Source: Rhodothermales bacterium
Lineage (GTDB): Bacteria > Bacteroidota > Rhodothermia > Rhodothermales > Bin80
Reading direction: 5' to 3'
Length of the DNA: 64,000 bases
NCBI GenBank assembly: GCA_965207385.1
Contig: CBDBLZ010000021.1
Coordinates: 641,205-705,204, forward strand
In this document: positions 1 to 11,000 of the stretch, piece after piece
Layout: every line of letters starts with the position of its first letter
Numbering within the stretch: position 1 is the first letter of the stretch
Made by a program: the position numbers and the translations under genes
The notes under the pieces: model-generated
Told to the model about the DNA's origin: nothing
The model's database searches: none
The model's input: the letters and a program-made list of their open reading frames with translations, nothing else

Positions 1-351
1 GGACAGCGCCTGCCGCCGCCGGCTGGCTACCAGGAGCATTGCGGCGATCACGTATTCCACGACCGATTCGGCATTGGATCCGGGGGCATGGTCGAAGGCG
101 ATGCCGAGCCGCCTGAGTGCTGCGGTGTCGACATGGTCGGTACCCGTGGTTGCGGATCCCACGAATCGGATTCTGCTACCCGTCACCAGACCCGCGCCAA
201 CGCGCGTAACGCTTCGCACAAGGAGCACGTCCGCTGCCGCCAGGTCCCGAGCGGGGACGTGCGGGCCGATAAAGGTCGAAACGGTACCCAGATCCGAGAA
301 TACCGCCCTGACGTGCGGAATATTCTCGTCCGCCAGAATGGTTAGCGGCAC
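1..351 (-). CDS. pdxB: Erythronate-4-phosphate dehydrogenase-like, N-terminal part (runs off left edge)
   Basis: Manual minus-strand translation from a GTG at 351: VPLTILADENIPHVRAVFSDLGTVSTFIGPHVPARDLAAADVLLVRSVTRVG...RIRFVGSATTGTDHVDTAALRRLGIAFDHAPGSNAESVVEYVIAAML. This matches the PdxB N-terminal pattern (DEN.P, VRSVT, FVG.AT.GTDHVD, PG.NA..VVEYV). Confidence 0.85.
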   Translation of the reverse strand, partial: MPLTILADENIPHVRAVFSDLGTVSTFIGPHVPARDLAAADVLLVRSVTRVGAGLVTGSRIRFVGSATTGTDHVDTAALRRLGIAFDHAPGSNAESVVEYVIAAMLLVASRRRQALS

Positions 352-369
352 GCGTGCTGTCGGCCTCTT

Positions 370-1002
370 TCAGAAAGCTATTGCTACTCGCAGCATGGCA
401 CTGTTCAGTGTCTGGCCTTCATTCGCTGACAATGTAACAGAACCGATGACGAGCTCCCTGTCGATGAAATCGGTAATGCCCCACGTATAGGCGATCTCGG
501 GGAGTATGCGGAGCCCGCCCACGGAAATCTCCAGGCCGACGCCCGCTTCACCGGCCAATGACGGAGACTTTATGTCGTCCACCAGTTCGGAATCTACCAA
601 TGCCTTGAACCGTGCGACCGGGCCAGCAAAGACGGTTGGCTGCACGGCGGACACTCCGATCGCATAGCGCAACAGCACCGGGATCTCCAGCAGGCTGACG
701 TCAAAGTTGTCGCGTACGCTTGATGTGTGCTCCGACAGACCGGAAAACAACATGCCGGCATCGGTGTAGCGTGCACCTGCACGCAAGCCAAGCGGGCCCA
801 TAGGGAATTCGATCCACAGCTCAGCGTGCCAGCCTGTAGTGCTGCTGAAGGTAGCTTCCCGGTCGTTGAACTGGATGTCTGTCAACCGGTCAAAATTGGC
901 TCCAACGCTTGCTCCGATGGACTGCGCAGCCCCCCCGTGGGCCAACAGCAGCCCCGTTACGAACGAGCATGTCACTCCCAGCGCGCGCTTCACGTCTGTC
1001 AT
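370..1002 (-). CDS. Outer-membrane beta-barrel (PorT-like) protein
   Basis: ORF 370..1122; probable start at M41 followed by a signal peptide (MTDVKRALGVTCSFVTGLLLAHGGAAQS). Repeated amphipathic beta strands, ends ...LNSAMLRVAIAF. Confidence 0.7.
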   Translation of the reverse strand: MTDVKRALGVTCSFVTGLLLAHGGAAQSIGASVGANFDRLTDIQFNDREATFSSTTGWHAELWIEFPMGPLGLRAGARYTDAGMLFSGLSEHTSSVRDNFDVSLLEIPVLLRYAIGVSAVQPTVFAGPVARFKALVDSELVDDIKSPSLAGEAGVGLEISVGGLRILPEIAYTWGITDFIDRELVIGSVTLSANEGQTLNSAMLRVAIAF

Positions 1003-1108
1003 TGCCTGAAGGCCGGGCAGGATCGGGTCAGTGCCGGGATGGTTTCTTTTGCAACCTAGCGGGTGGAGCGGGGTTTCGGCGCGTTGCAGGGACCCGAACT
1101 CCAGCCGC

Positions 1109-2254
1109 ATGAAGATAGGCATTAGTTGCTATCCGGTATACGGAGGCAGCGGCGTCGTCGCTACGGAGCTTGGCAAGGCACTCGCAGCGCGCGGGCACAA
1201 GATCCACTTTATCGCCTATTCGATGCCGTTCCGGCTGACGCATGTCACCGAGAACATTTTCTTCCACGAGGTCAGCGTTAATACATATCCCGTCTTCGAC
1301 TATCCGCCGTACGCGCTCTCGCTCACCAGCAAGATGGTGGATGTTGTCATGTACGAGCAACTGGATCTCTTGCACGTGCACTATGCCATACCGCACGCCC
1401 TGAGTGCCGTGCTTGCCCGAGATATTCTGCAGAAGCAGGGCATAGAGATTCCCGTCGTAACGACATTGCATGGAACTGACATTACGGTAGTGGGCCGCGA
1501 TCCCAGCTTTGCGCCCGTTGTCACTTACTCCATCAACCAGTCCGACGGGGTTACCGCTGTTTCGAACAATCTGCGGAAGGCGACCCTGGATGCCTTCCAG
1601 ATCGAGAACCCCATTGAGGTCATCCCCAATTTCATCGACACGGACCGGTTTCGCCGCCTCAAAAAGGAGCATTTCAAGCGCGCTATATGCCCCGGCGGTG
1701 AAAAGGTCATCGTGCACATATCCAATTTTCGTCCCGTAAAGAATGCGTCGCATGTCGTGCAAATCCTGCACAGGCTTCGTGGCCAGGGAATGCCAGTCAA
1801 GCTGCTACTGGTGGGCGATGGCCCTGACCGCGCGTCTCTGGAGCGTCTCGCGCGGGAGTTGGGCGTCCAGAGCGACATTCACTTCCTGGGTAAGCAGGGA
1901 CCTGTTGAGGAGATCCTGTCCATTGCCGACGCATTTGTCATGCCAAGCGGTTTCGAGTCATTCGGACTTGCTGCCCTGGAGGCGATGGCCTGCGGCGTGC
2001 CCGTCATCTGCAGCAACATTGGGGGCCTGCCGGAGCTGGTGGAAGGCAGCAATGCCGGGTTTCTTTGTCCCCTGGGCGACATTGAGGCATTTACGGCCTG
2101 CGTGCGAAGCATCCTGGAGGACGAAGACCTCCGTGGTCGCATGGGCGAGGCTGCCAGGCTGCACGCTGTTCGGCAATTCGATACCAAGAGCGTGGTGTCG
2201 CGCTACGAAGCGTACTATGAGCGGATACGCAAGGCTGGTCGCGGTCCGGAGTGA
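1109..2254 (+). CDS. bshA: N-acetyl-alpha-D-glucosaminyl L-malate synthase, GT4 family (bacillithiol biosynthesis)
   Basis: MKIGISCYPVYGGSGVVATELGKALAARGHKIHFI...HVHYAIPHA...VTTLHGTDITVVG...PSGFESFGLAALEAMACGVPVI; BshA hallmark motifs. Confidence 0.92.
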   Translation: MKIGISCYPVYGGSGVVATELGKALAARGHKIHFIAYSMPFRLTHVTENIFFHEVSVNTYPVFDYPPYALSLTSKMVDVVMYEQLDLLHVHYAIPHALSAVLARDILQKQGIEIPVVTTLHGTDITVVGRDPSFAPVVTYSINQSDGVTAVSNNLRKATLDAFQIENPIEVIPNFIDTDRFRRLKKEHFKRAICPGGEKVIVHISNFRPVKNASHVVQILHRLRGQGMPVKLLLVGDGPDRASLERLARELGVQSDIHFLGKQGPVEEILSIADAFVMPSGFESFGLAALEAMACGVPVICSNIGGLPELVEGSNAGFLCPLGDIEAFTACVRSILEDEDLRGRMGEAARLHAVRQFDTKSVVSRYEAYYERIRKAGRGPE

Positions 2255-2329
2255 GCTGAGTCGTGCGCCCGTGGCAGAATCTCGCCCTGTCGGCGCTTCC
2301 GCATCTCGTGCAAGTGCAGGCGTCCGGTC

Positions 2330-2851
2330 TCAGGGCTGACCAGGTCTCCGGCGCCGATATGTCACGAAGCGGTAGCCGCTGTGCCGCTCTTCTTCGGTCA
2401 GGTGGAACCGGTCCTCGAGGAGATGTTCGTACGGCGGAAAAAAGGCGTCCCCGGCGTAGGTTCCCTCAACAAGGGTCAATTCCAGCGTATCAGCAATTGG
2501 AAGCGCGGCAGCATATACGGCGGCGCCCCCACAGATATAGATCTTCCGCGCAGTGGACGCGGCCGCAATGGCGGATTCCAGTGAATCGAAAGGCCTGATT
2601 TCCGGATAGCCCCGAAGTGCTCTTCCGGATGTCAGCATGAGCATCTGGCGGCCGGGCAGCGGTCCTCCCAAGTGGTCCAGCACGGACTGAACGGTGCGCC
2701 GGCCCATGATAACGGGGTGGCCGTACGTCAGCTGTTTGAATCGGCGCAGATCTGCCGAAATATGCCAGGGCATAGCTCCGTCGCGGCCAATTACGCGGTT
2801 CGAAGAGGCGACGGCTGCAATTATGACGATTTCCGGGCGGTGCTCCTGCAC
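2330..2851 (-). CDS. folA: Dihydrofolate reductase
   Basis: VIIAAVASSNRVIGRDGAMPWHISADLRRFKQLTYGHPVIMGRRT...YICGGAAVYAAALP...; DHFR motifs. Start uncertain (ORF extends to 2911; likely GTG near 2851). Confidence 0.92.
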   Translation of the reverse strand: MQEHRPEIVIIAAVASSNRVIGRDGAMPWHISADLRRFKQLTYGHPVIMGRRTVQSVLDHLGGPLPGRQMLMLTSGRALRGYPEIRPFDSLESAIAAASTARKIYICGGAAVYAAALPIADTLELTLVEGTYAGDAFFPPYEHLLEDRFHLTEEERHSGYRFVTYRRRRPGQP

Positions 2852-2855
2852 TGCC

Positions 2856-3860
2856 TTACATGTCTTCCCAATACTCTTCCGGCATATCCTGAGCCAATTC
2901 CAGTGCACCAAGTGCGCCGGCGTATAGAGGATCGTCCACGACCGTAATCTTGAATGTACCGTAGTCGCTCAAGGCATCCCCCAAGGCGTCGGCTATGCCT
3001 TCGGTCTGGCTTCCGCCACCGGCCAGGTAGAGGTTCTTCCTGATTCTCTCCTGAAACCCCGGATCGTAGCGCCCTACGAGGTCCATTAGCGTTTCCGCTA
3101 TGGGCGCTACAAGACTCTCGCATGCCTGCGTAACCTCTTTCGTTATATCGTGAGGCTCAAACTTGCCCGCGATGGGCAAGCTAACCTTGATTCGGCCTCT
3201 GCTCTTTCCCACCCGGCCGTATCGCTCCTTGTACTCGCGGACCAACGTGTGCGTGAAGACCGAATCCGGGAATTTCTCCTTGAGCAAGTCATACAGCTGC
3301 CGGTCTATGTAGTCGCCGGCGGTGCGCAATGACCGTTGGTCTTCCTCTGATGGCATCGTGCCGTGCATGGCGCAGAAATCTATGGTACCTGCCCCGACAT
3401 CTATTATTACCGCATTGTTGAGAGCCCCCAGGCTGTAGGCCACGGCGAATGGCTCGGAAATAACCATGAGGGTGTCGGCATATTCCCGCACCGCCTCACG
3501 AATTGCGATCTTGTTCACCTTGAGCGCTTCTGCCGGGACGCCGACCGCGGCGTAAATCTGTTGCTCCTCGCCCGGCTCGACCAGATGGATCAGGTGGTGA
3601 ATCAGGCGCCGGACCGCCTCTTCCTCGCGGTTGGTCCCATCCCGGATCACCCCGTTTTCCATGGGACGAAACAGATGGACCGAAAGATGATTGTCCAGCG
3701 CATCCTGTCCGAACAGAATGTCACGCTTGAGCAGCTTGCGAGCGATAAAATCACGGGGCCAACCCACGTAGCTTTGGACCCAGTCGCGCTTGCCATTGCT
3801 GGCTGCGACGGCGCTGCGGGAAGTTCCGAGGTCTATGCCGATATACAGGATGTCGTCCAT
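2856..3860 (-). CDS. MamK-like bacterial actin
   Basis: ILYIGIDLGTSRSAVAASNGKRDWVQSYVGWPRDFIARKLL...PMENGVI...YAAVGVPAEALKVNKIAIREAV...MVISEPFAVAYSLGALNNAVIIDVGAGTIDFCAMHGTMPSEEDQ...LYLAGGGSQTEGIADAL...DDPLYAGALGALELAQDMPEEYW. Actin/Hsp70 ATPase motifs plus family-specific similarity to MamK along the full length (recalled, not searched). Confidence 0.85.
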   Translation of the reverse strand: MDDILYIGIDLGTSRSAVAASNGKRDWVQSYVGWPRDFIARKLLKRDILFGQDALDNHLSVHLFRPMENGVIRDGTNREEEAVRRLIHHLIHLVEPGEEQQIYAAVGVPAEALKVNKIAIREAVREYADTLMVISEPFAVAYSLGALNNAVIIDVGAGTIDFCAMHGTMPSEEDQRSLRTAGDYIDRQLYDLLKEKFPDSVFTHTLVREYKERYGRVGKSRGRIKVSLPIAGKFEPHDITKEVTQACESLVAPIAETLMDLVGRYDPGFQERIRKNLYLAGGGSQTEGIADALGDALSDYGTFKITVVDDPLYAGALGALELAQDMPEEYWEDM

Positions 3861-3902
3861 CGTCTCTTGGGGCTAGGAAGAACTTGTAATAAGCCGGGTG
3901 AC

Positions 3903-4889
3903 TTATCTGTCAAGATATGAGAGAATTCCGGATTCCAATGCGGTTGCCACGCGCTCAAGGTACGCGTCAGAATACAGCAGAGCTTCATCCGACGGCGTAC
4001 TTATAACGGAAATCTCTGCCAATACTGCCGGTACAGGGACGCCAAACAGGACTTCAAAGGGTCCCGGACGCGTACCCCAGTCGATTACGGCCGGGTTCAC
4101 TTCGCGAATACTATTGAACAGTTCGGTTTGTATGGCAGCCGCCAGCAACTTGGATTCGGAAATCTTCATCGACTTGCCGAGGCTGCCGAGATCCCGCTGC
4201 CACTCGAAGAAGGAGTACCCGGAATTCTCGTTTTCCCTCCTCGCCAGACGCAAGCTCGCTTCCGTCGCGCTGGTTCCAAAGTAGTAGGTCTCCACAGTTG
4301 ACAGCGTCTCCGGGAGGGCATTTGCATGCACGGAGATGAACAGGTCCGCCTCCATATCGGTCGCATACTTGACGCGTTCCTTGAGACTGATGCCGATGTC
4401 GTCGTCGCGCGTGAGCAGCACGCGGAAGCCGCCTGCTTCCAGACGCCTGCGCAGGCGAAGTGCGACATCTAGCGCTACGGACTTCTCGGTCAATTCCGTC
4501 GGCCCGACGGCACCAGGATCTCTTCCTCCGTGGCCGGGATCAATGACGATCGTCTTGACCTCTAGTCCAAACATCTCGGCCAGCGAAACGAGCCGCGTGT
4601 CGACCGAATCGCCGCCGCCGGCTCGACTGTCACCGGCCGCAGGCGCCGCGCTGATGGCGCGGGCACCGTCCGCAGCGGGAGCTACCGTGCTTTCCGCGGG
4701 AAGCAGGTACCTGCCGCCGAAGGTTAGCAAAAGAGCGGCCAGCGCGACAGGAAGCCAAAAGCGCCGAGTCTCCCGCGGCTGAGCCTCGTCGCCTGTCAGC
4801 AGCCGCCCGGATATGCGCAGGTTCTCCTCGTAGACGCCACGAAAGATGCGGCGCATATGCCCCCGATTATGCAGCCGTGTCCATTTCAT
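3903..4889 (-). CDS. N-acetylmuramoyl-L-alanine amidase (Amidase_3 type) with N-terminal TM segment
   Basis: VKTIVIDPGHGGRDPGAVGPTELTEKSVALDVALRLRRRLEAGGFRVLLTRDDD...DLFISVHANA...; TM segment RRFWLPVALAALLLTFGGRYLL. ORF extends to 4967; start uncertain. Confidence 0.88.
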   Translation of the reverse strand: MKWTRLHNRGHMRRIFRGVYEENLRISGRLLTGDEAQPRETRRFWLPVALAALLLTFGGRYLLPAESTVAPAADGARAISAAPAAGDSRAGGGDSVDTRLVSLAEMFGLEVKTIVIDPGHGGRDPGAVGPTELTEKSVALDVALRLRRRLEAGGFRVLLTRDDDIGISLKERVKYATDMEADLFISVHANALPETLSTVETYYFGTSATEASLRLARRENENSGYSFFEWQRDLGSLGKSMKISESKLLAAAIQTELFNSIREVNPAVIDWGTRPGPFEVLFGVPVPAVLAEISVISTPSDEALLYSDAYLERVATALESGILSYLDR

Positions 4890-5200
4890 CGGTGCTTGCG
4901 CATCATGCACATAATCCATTATCGTACGCGGCCGGCTTGGCTGCGGTCCTGGAGCACGGGCTCGCAATGTCCAGATTCGCTATTCGCCGTGCGGGTCCAG
5001 AGGCCAGCGGCCGGATGTCACGTGGGGCATCGAACCGGGTTAAGCAATCAGTGGCCACACTGGTCGTCCCTTGCGAATCCGTTGCCCGGAGAGCAGCAAG
5101 CGCACGACGCCACGGACTGCCATTCAACGCCCGGACCATACCCGGGTGGTCCGGACACAGTTGGCATGCCTGGCTGGAGCACACTGTGCGATTGCGCTGG

Positions 5201-6093
5201 CTAGACCGCAATAGGAGCCCTTATGCCCGGGTGATGACGATAGTCTTGAAGGGCAAAGTCCTCATACCGGTAGTCAAAGATTGAAGGCGGGCGCCGCTTG
5301 ATGATCAGTCGCGGCAAGGCAGTGGTTTCCGTTCCAGCTGCAGGCGAATCTGGTCCAGGTGGTTGAGATATGCGTGCGCGTCCCCGATGGTATAGATAAG
5401 ATCCCCGGCTCCAAGGTCCGTCTGCTGTGCGACCATGTGGGTGAGCAGCGCATACTGCGCAATATTGAACGGCGCGCCCAGAAAGAGATCATTGGACCGG
5501 ATATACAAATGGCAGCTCAGCTTGCCGGTGGCGACGTAGAACTGATAGAACATGTGGCACGGCGGCAGCGCCATTTCGTGCACCCGACTCGGGTCCCACG
5601 CGCTGACTACGTGCCGGCGGCTGTAGGGGCGTTTCCGTACCGATTCAATTACGGCCGCTATCTGATCCGTGCCGCAAAAGTCCCGCCACTGCCTGCCATA
5701 AACGGGTCCGAGGTCTCCATGCCTTTCGGCAAAGTCGCCGTCCTCACGGATGCGCTTTTCGAATGCTTCCTTATGCGTCTGCCATTCGTCCGAGTTGGGT
5801 TTGGGTACGGCGGTCCCGGAAGATTCCAGATACCTGGCCAGCGGCCAGTCCGTCCATATCGAGATGCCGGCGTCCACTAGCGGCTTTATGTTGGATGAGC
5901 CCGTCAGAAACCACAGCATTTCAAGGGCGAGCGCTCGGAACCACACGCGTTTCGTCGTCACAATCGGAAAGCCTTCTTCAAGGTCAAACCTCATCTGGTA
6001 ACCGAAAACGCTGAGCGTGCCTGTGCCCGTGCGGTCCTCCTTGCGCTCTCCATGCGCCAGCACATGCTCAAGAAGATCGAGATACGCCTGCAT
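5201..6093 (-). CDS. thyA: Thymidylate synthase, apparently frameshifted near its C-terminus
   Basis: ORF 5305..6093 carries ThyA ([42 protein letters not shown]) but ends ...[20 protein letters not shown]. The canonical tail continues in another frame as [42 protein letters not shown] down to 5201. Confidence 0.9.
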
Positions 6094-6187
6094 ACAGCAC
6101 GACCCGGCTGTTATTGCGGAACGTGGGAATCTGCGGAGCTGTTATTCCCACAATATCAAAGCAAAGTTAAGTCAATTCGCAGGCTCC

Positions 6188-6448
6188 ATGGATCCCAATC
6201 TTCACCAGCAGCAGGGTATCAATCACTTGAACAAGGTTCTGGCCTATGCCCCCCTGGTAGCCTCCGATGGCGAGGCAACCGTACATCTGACTTTCGAGGA
6301 CTGGCATGTACTGGCGGACACGCTGTTTCGGATGAATACACCGAAGGAGTTTCTGCCTTCCGCCATTGTTGACTTCAGGATCCGCAGTGACGGGCAAGCC
6401 ATCGAGCTGGACACGGCTGACTATCGCATTTCGGTGGAAATGTTCTGA
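6188..6448 (+). CDS. Hypothetical protein, 86 aa
   Basis: MDPNLHQQQGINHLNKVLAYAPLVASDGEATVHLTFEDWHVLADTLFRMNTPKEFLPSAIVDFRIRSDGQAIELDTADYRISVEMF; protein-like composition, divergent from thyA. Confidence 0.55.
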   Translation: MDPNLHQQQGINHLNKVLAYAPLVASDGEATVHLTFEDWHVLADTLFRMNTPKEFLPSAIVDFRIRSDGQAIELDTADYRISVEMF

Positions 6449-6805
6449 GCGGCGCGCGTAGTTGTCGGCAAGATCCAGGGACTTCCTGCCTGTGGCTGTC
6501 CCCGATGCGCCGCGCTGCACGGTGGGGTTGTAATGTAGGCCCTAATAGTGAAGCCACGGGCATTGAAGGATTCGCGTTCGGGAGCGCCCGCATCCCGTGG
6601 CGAATGTTGCGTGTGACCACTGTCGACGCTGGTCCCGGTCCAGTGGAGCCTTCGGGAGCCGTAGTCGGCACGCTTTTCGGCCAGGCCGCGTGACAATGGA
6701 TACATGGCCCCGCAGCATTGCCCTGGAATCGTGGCATGGTTTTATGTTGGGTCAGCCCATAGATTTAGGCCTGCTGCCTGGAGTAAGCCCTGGCCCTGCC
6801 CCGCA

Positions 6806-8008
6806 ATGGCGTCGATACTACTAATAGGAACGCTGGATACTAAAGGGGCTGAAGTGGCCTACGTTCGTGACCTCATTAGTGAAAGGGGGCACGCCGTCGT
6901 GGTCATGGACTGCGGGGTCATGGGGGATGCCCCGTTTGCGGCCGATATTTCGGGCCAAAACGTTGCACACGCCGGAGGAAGCACGCTTGAGGAGCTCAGG
7001 GCAACAGCAGATCGCGGCGAGGCGCTGGAAGTGATGACGCGCGGTGCTTGTGCGCAGCTGCAGGCACTCGTGGAAGAGGATGGCGTGCAAGCCGTGCTGG
7101 GGCTGGGAGGTTCTGGGGGTACTGTCGTGGCTACGGCCGCCATGCGGACCCTGCCGGTTGGCATTCCGAAGGTGATGGTGTCCACCATAGCCTCAGGGGA
7201 TGTGGGACCGTATGTCGGCGTGAAGGACATCACCATGATGTATTCGGTGGTCGATATAGCCGGCCTCAACGGCATATCAAGGCGCATTCTGGGAAACGCA
7301 GCGGGTGCGGTGTGCGGCATGGTGGAGCAGGCGGTTCCGGAATTCGAAGAACGACCGCTTGTTGCGGCTACCATGTTTGGTGTTACCACCCCGTGTGTGG
7401 ATCGCGTCAGGAAGCAGCTGGAAAGGGCCGGGTTTGAAGTGATCGTGTTTCATGCCACGGGAAGCGGCGGTCGTGCCATGGAGGCCCTCATTGACAGTGG
7501 TTACATCAGCGCAGTTGCGGACATCACAACCACGGAATGGTGCGACGAAGTGGTCGGAGGAGTCCTTAGCGCGGGTCCGGATCGGCTGGGTGCGGCCGGA
7601 AGGCGTGCTGTGCCCCAGGTCGTGTCGTGTGGGGCACTGGACATGGTCAATTTCTGGGCATTGGATACCGTGCCGGCAAGGTTCCAGGGCCGCAATCTTT
7701 ATCGACACAATGCAAACGTGACCCTAATGCGGACTACCGCGGAGGAGACTGCATGCATTGGCAAGGAAGTAGGCAGGAAGCTTGCCCAGGCGGCAGGGCC
7801 GGTCACGCTGCTGCTGCCGGGGCGCGGAGTGAGCGCCATTGATGCGGACGGACAGCCGTTTCATGATCCCGCGGCCAATGCGGCGCTGTTTGCTGCGCTG
7901 CGGGAGCATGCGGGACCGTCCGTCGACGTAAGGGAGCTGGACCTGCACATAAATGATCCGGCGTTCGCAGACGCCGTCGCCAGCCAATTGCTGAGGTACT
8001 TGAGCTGA
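6806..8008 (+). CDS. UPF0261 / Tm-1-like ATP-binding domain protein
   Basis: MASILLIGTLDTKGAEVAYVRDLISERGHAVVVMDCGVMG...VLGLGGSGGTVVATAAMRTLPVGIPKVMVSTIASGDVGPYVG; UPF0261 motifs. Confidence 0.9.
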   Translation: MASILLIGTLDTKGAEVAYVRDLISERGHAVVVMDCGVMGDAPFAADISGQNVAHAGGSTLEELRATADRGEALEVMTRGACAQLQALVEEDGVQAVLGLGGSGGTVVATAAMRTLPVGIPKVMVSTIASGDVGPYVGVKDITMMYSVVDIAGLNGISRRILGNAAGAVCGMVEQAVPEFEERPLVAATMFGVTTPCVDRVRKQLERAGFEVIVFHATGSGGRAMEALIDSGYISAVADITTTEWCDEVVGGVLSAGPDRLGAAGRRAVPQVVSCGALDMVNFWALDTVPARFQGRNLYRHNANVTLMRTTAEETACIGKEVGRKLAQAAGPVTLLLPGRGVSAIDADGQPFHDPAANAALFAALREHAGPSVDVRELDLHINDPAFADAVASQLLRYLS

Positions 8009-8068
8009 CCTTGCTGCCAGCGATAGAGGGCGCGCTGGCCTATCCCCGGCAATCACACGAGACAACGC

Positions 8069-11000
8069 ATGACCGTCAGATGCGACGCCCCGGGGCATGC
8101 TGCCACCCCGGCTTTCGGGCAGGCAAATGGGAGGACCGGCTACGCCAAGGTGAGGTCGCTCCTATTTCAGACGTCAGCGGCTTCAATGCTGGCTTGTGCC
8201 CTTGTGGCATGCAGGCCGGCGCCGGACACCGGCCCCAGGAAGGTCGAAGTGTTGTTCCTTGGTCATGAGAGCACGCACCATGACGCGCAGACCTACGCGT
8301 CTGCCGTTGCTGCGTCCTTTGCTCGGGAGGGCATCAATATTTCGTATTCCAACGATCCGAGCGTACTGGAGCCGGCCACACTTGACCTGTATGATGTTCT
8401 GCTTCTGTATGCCAACCACGATTCCATTACCGCTTCACAGGAGAGGGCACTGCTGGACTTTGTGGCCTCCGGAAATGGATTTGTGCCGGTGCACAGCGCC
8501 TCGTACTGCTTCAGGAATTCGGATGCATTTGTGCGGCTTGTCGGTGCCCAGTTCCAGGAGCACGGCGTTGGCAGGTTTACGGCCCCGATCCTCCAGGCGG
8601 ACCACCCTGCCATGCAAGGGCTCAAGGAATTCGAAACGTGGGACGAAACCTACGTGCACACGAGGCATGCACCAGACCGAGCCGTGCTCATGGAGCGCGT
8701 GGACGGCCAACACCGCGAGCCCTGGACATGGACGCGCACGCACGGCAAGGGGCGGGTGTTCTATACCGCCTATGGCCATGACGAACGCACATGGAACCAT
8801 CCGGATTTCCTGAATCTCCTCAAGGCGGGTCTGCTGTGGGCCGCGGGGGATAGAGTGCGTGCGCGATGGGAGGCGCTCGATCTTCCGCCGCTGGTTTACT
8901 CACCGCACGACAGCATTCCCAACTACGAGGAGCGGGATCCTCCTCCCAGGTTTCAGCATCCCCTGTCGCCGGAGGCTTCCCGGGCTCACATGCAGATTCC
9001 GCCCGGATTTGAATTGACACTATTTGCCTCCGAGCCGCTCATCAGAAACCCTATTGCGATGGCCTGGGACGAGCGGGGAAGGCTTTTCGTGATAGAAACT
9101 CGGGACTATCCTCACAACCTGCGCTCGGAAGGGGGCGATGCGATAAAGATCCTGCACGACACGGATGCGGATGGCAGGGCAGACTCCGTCACCGTGTTTG
9201 CTGACGGGCTCAGCATTGCCACAGGTCTCGCGTTCGCACACGATGGCCTCATAGTGTCCCAGGCGCCCGACATGCTCTTCCTGCAGGATACGGACGGAGA
9301 CGACAGGGCTGACAGGCGCGAGGTGTTGTTCTCGGGATTCGGGACAGGGGACACGCACGCCGGTCCGTCGAATCTCAAGGCTGGCTTTGATAACTGGACC
9401 TGGGGCACGGTGGGATACAGTGATTTCGAGGGAGTGGTGGGCGGTGACACCGTTCGAATGGTTCAGGGTGTATTTCGATTCAGGCCCGGCCAGTTGGAAC
9501 AGGTTTCCACGTATACGAACAATACTTGGGGACTTGGTTTCTCGGAGACGTTCGACGTTTTCGGATCCACCGCCAACAATGAGCACAGCGTGTTCGTCGC
9601 GATACCGGATCGATACTATGCCGGTGTCCCGGGACTGCTGGGCGATGGCAAGATCAAGATCGATGGCCACTATGCCATGCGGCCCAATACGCCCAACATT
9701 CGTCAGGTCGACGTATGGGGCGGATTTACCTCCGCTGCGGGGCACAACCTGTATACGGCGCGCGATTTCCCTGACGAATACTGGAATCGCATCGCCCTTG
9801 TCAACGAGCCAACAGGTCACCTTCTGCACCGGGCAATCATCGAGAGCGCAGGATCGGGCTACCGTGAGCGAGATGCCTGGAATCTCCTGGCAAGTGCCGA
9901 TGAATGGGTGTCGCCCGTACATGCAGAAGTGGGGCCGGACGGCGCCGTGTGGATTCTGGACTGGTACAACTTTATCGTGCAGCACAATCCCACGCCCGAG
10001 GGATTTCGCACGGGAAGGGGAGCTGCCCACGTCAATATTCTGCGGGATTACCAGCACGGACGCATTTACCGGCTCGCGTACAGGAATGCAAGGCGCCGAC
10101 GCATTCCAGAGCTGGACATTGAGCGGCCGTCTACCCTGCTAAGGGCACTTCAACATGACAACATGTTCTGGCGCATGACGGCCCAGAGGCTTCTGGTGGA
10201 GCGCGGCGGCCTTGATGTAGTGCCTGGTCTGCTGGAAATCGCGAGCGATGCGGGACTGGATGCAATAGGCCTGAATGGAGGCGCCGCGCACGCGCTTTGG
10301 ACCCTCCAGGGACTGGATGCCGTGCGTGGAGAAGCGCTGCGCATTGTGGAGTCAGCTCTTCGGCACGCGGCGCCAGGCGTCAGAAAGGCGGCGCTGGCCG
10401 TGCTTCCACGGACGGATTCCAGTCTCTCGGCCATTCGGCGCGCCGGCGTGCTGGAGGACAAGAATCTTAATGTTCGTCTGGCGGCGTTTCTGGCGGCTTC
10501 CGAAATGCCCGCCGACCGTGAGACGGGAGCCGTGCTCTACGGGCAGAGCACGCTGCCTGAAGTCAGGACGGATGTCTGGCTTCCGGAGGCGCTGTACATT
10601 GCGGCAAGCCGCCATTGGGAAGGGTTCGTGGACGCGTACGCGCAGGACCTGGGGGCGCTCGCATTCACACGGATGGCAGCTCGCCTTGCCTCCGGTTACA
10701 CGGAGACCCCGACAGACTGGTCAGCGCCCGATCTGGAAACATCGGAGTGGGGGACCATGGCCCTTCCGATGCCATGGGTAAGGACAAATGCACTGACGTC
10801 ATTCGATGGAGCCGTGTGGTTTCGCATTGAGGTCCACCTGCCGGATGCGCCCGCAGGTGCGACGCTCGGCCTGGGCGCGATATATGACAGCGACGTGACC
10901 TTTGTGAACGGCGAGCAGATCGGGGAAACCCTGAACGGCTACGATGCAGCGCGGGTCTACGGCATCCCGCCGGGTCTGTTGCAGGCCGGCCGCAACGTGG

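Noticed and set aside
9020-10057. 345-aa minus-strand ORF inside the ThuA/dehydrogenase gene
   Set aside because: Antisense to a continuous multidomain CDS; no coherent fold or motifs.
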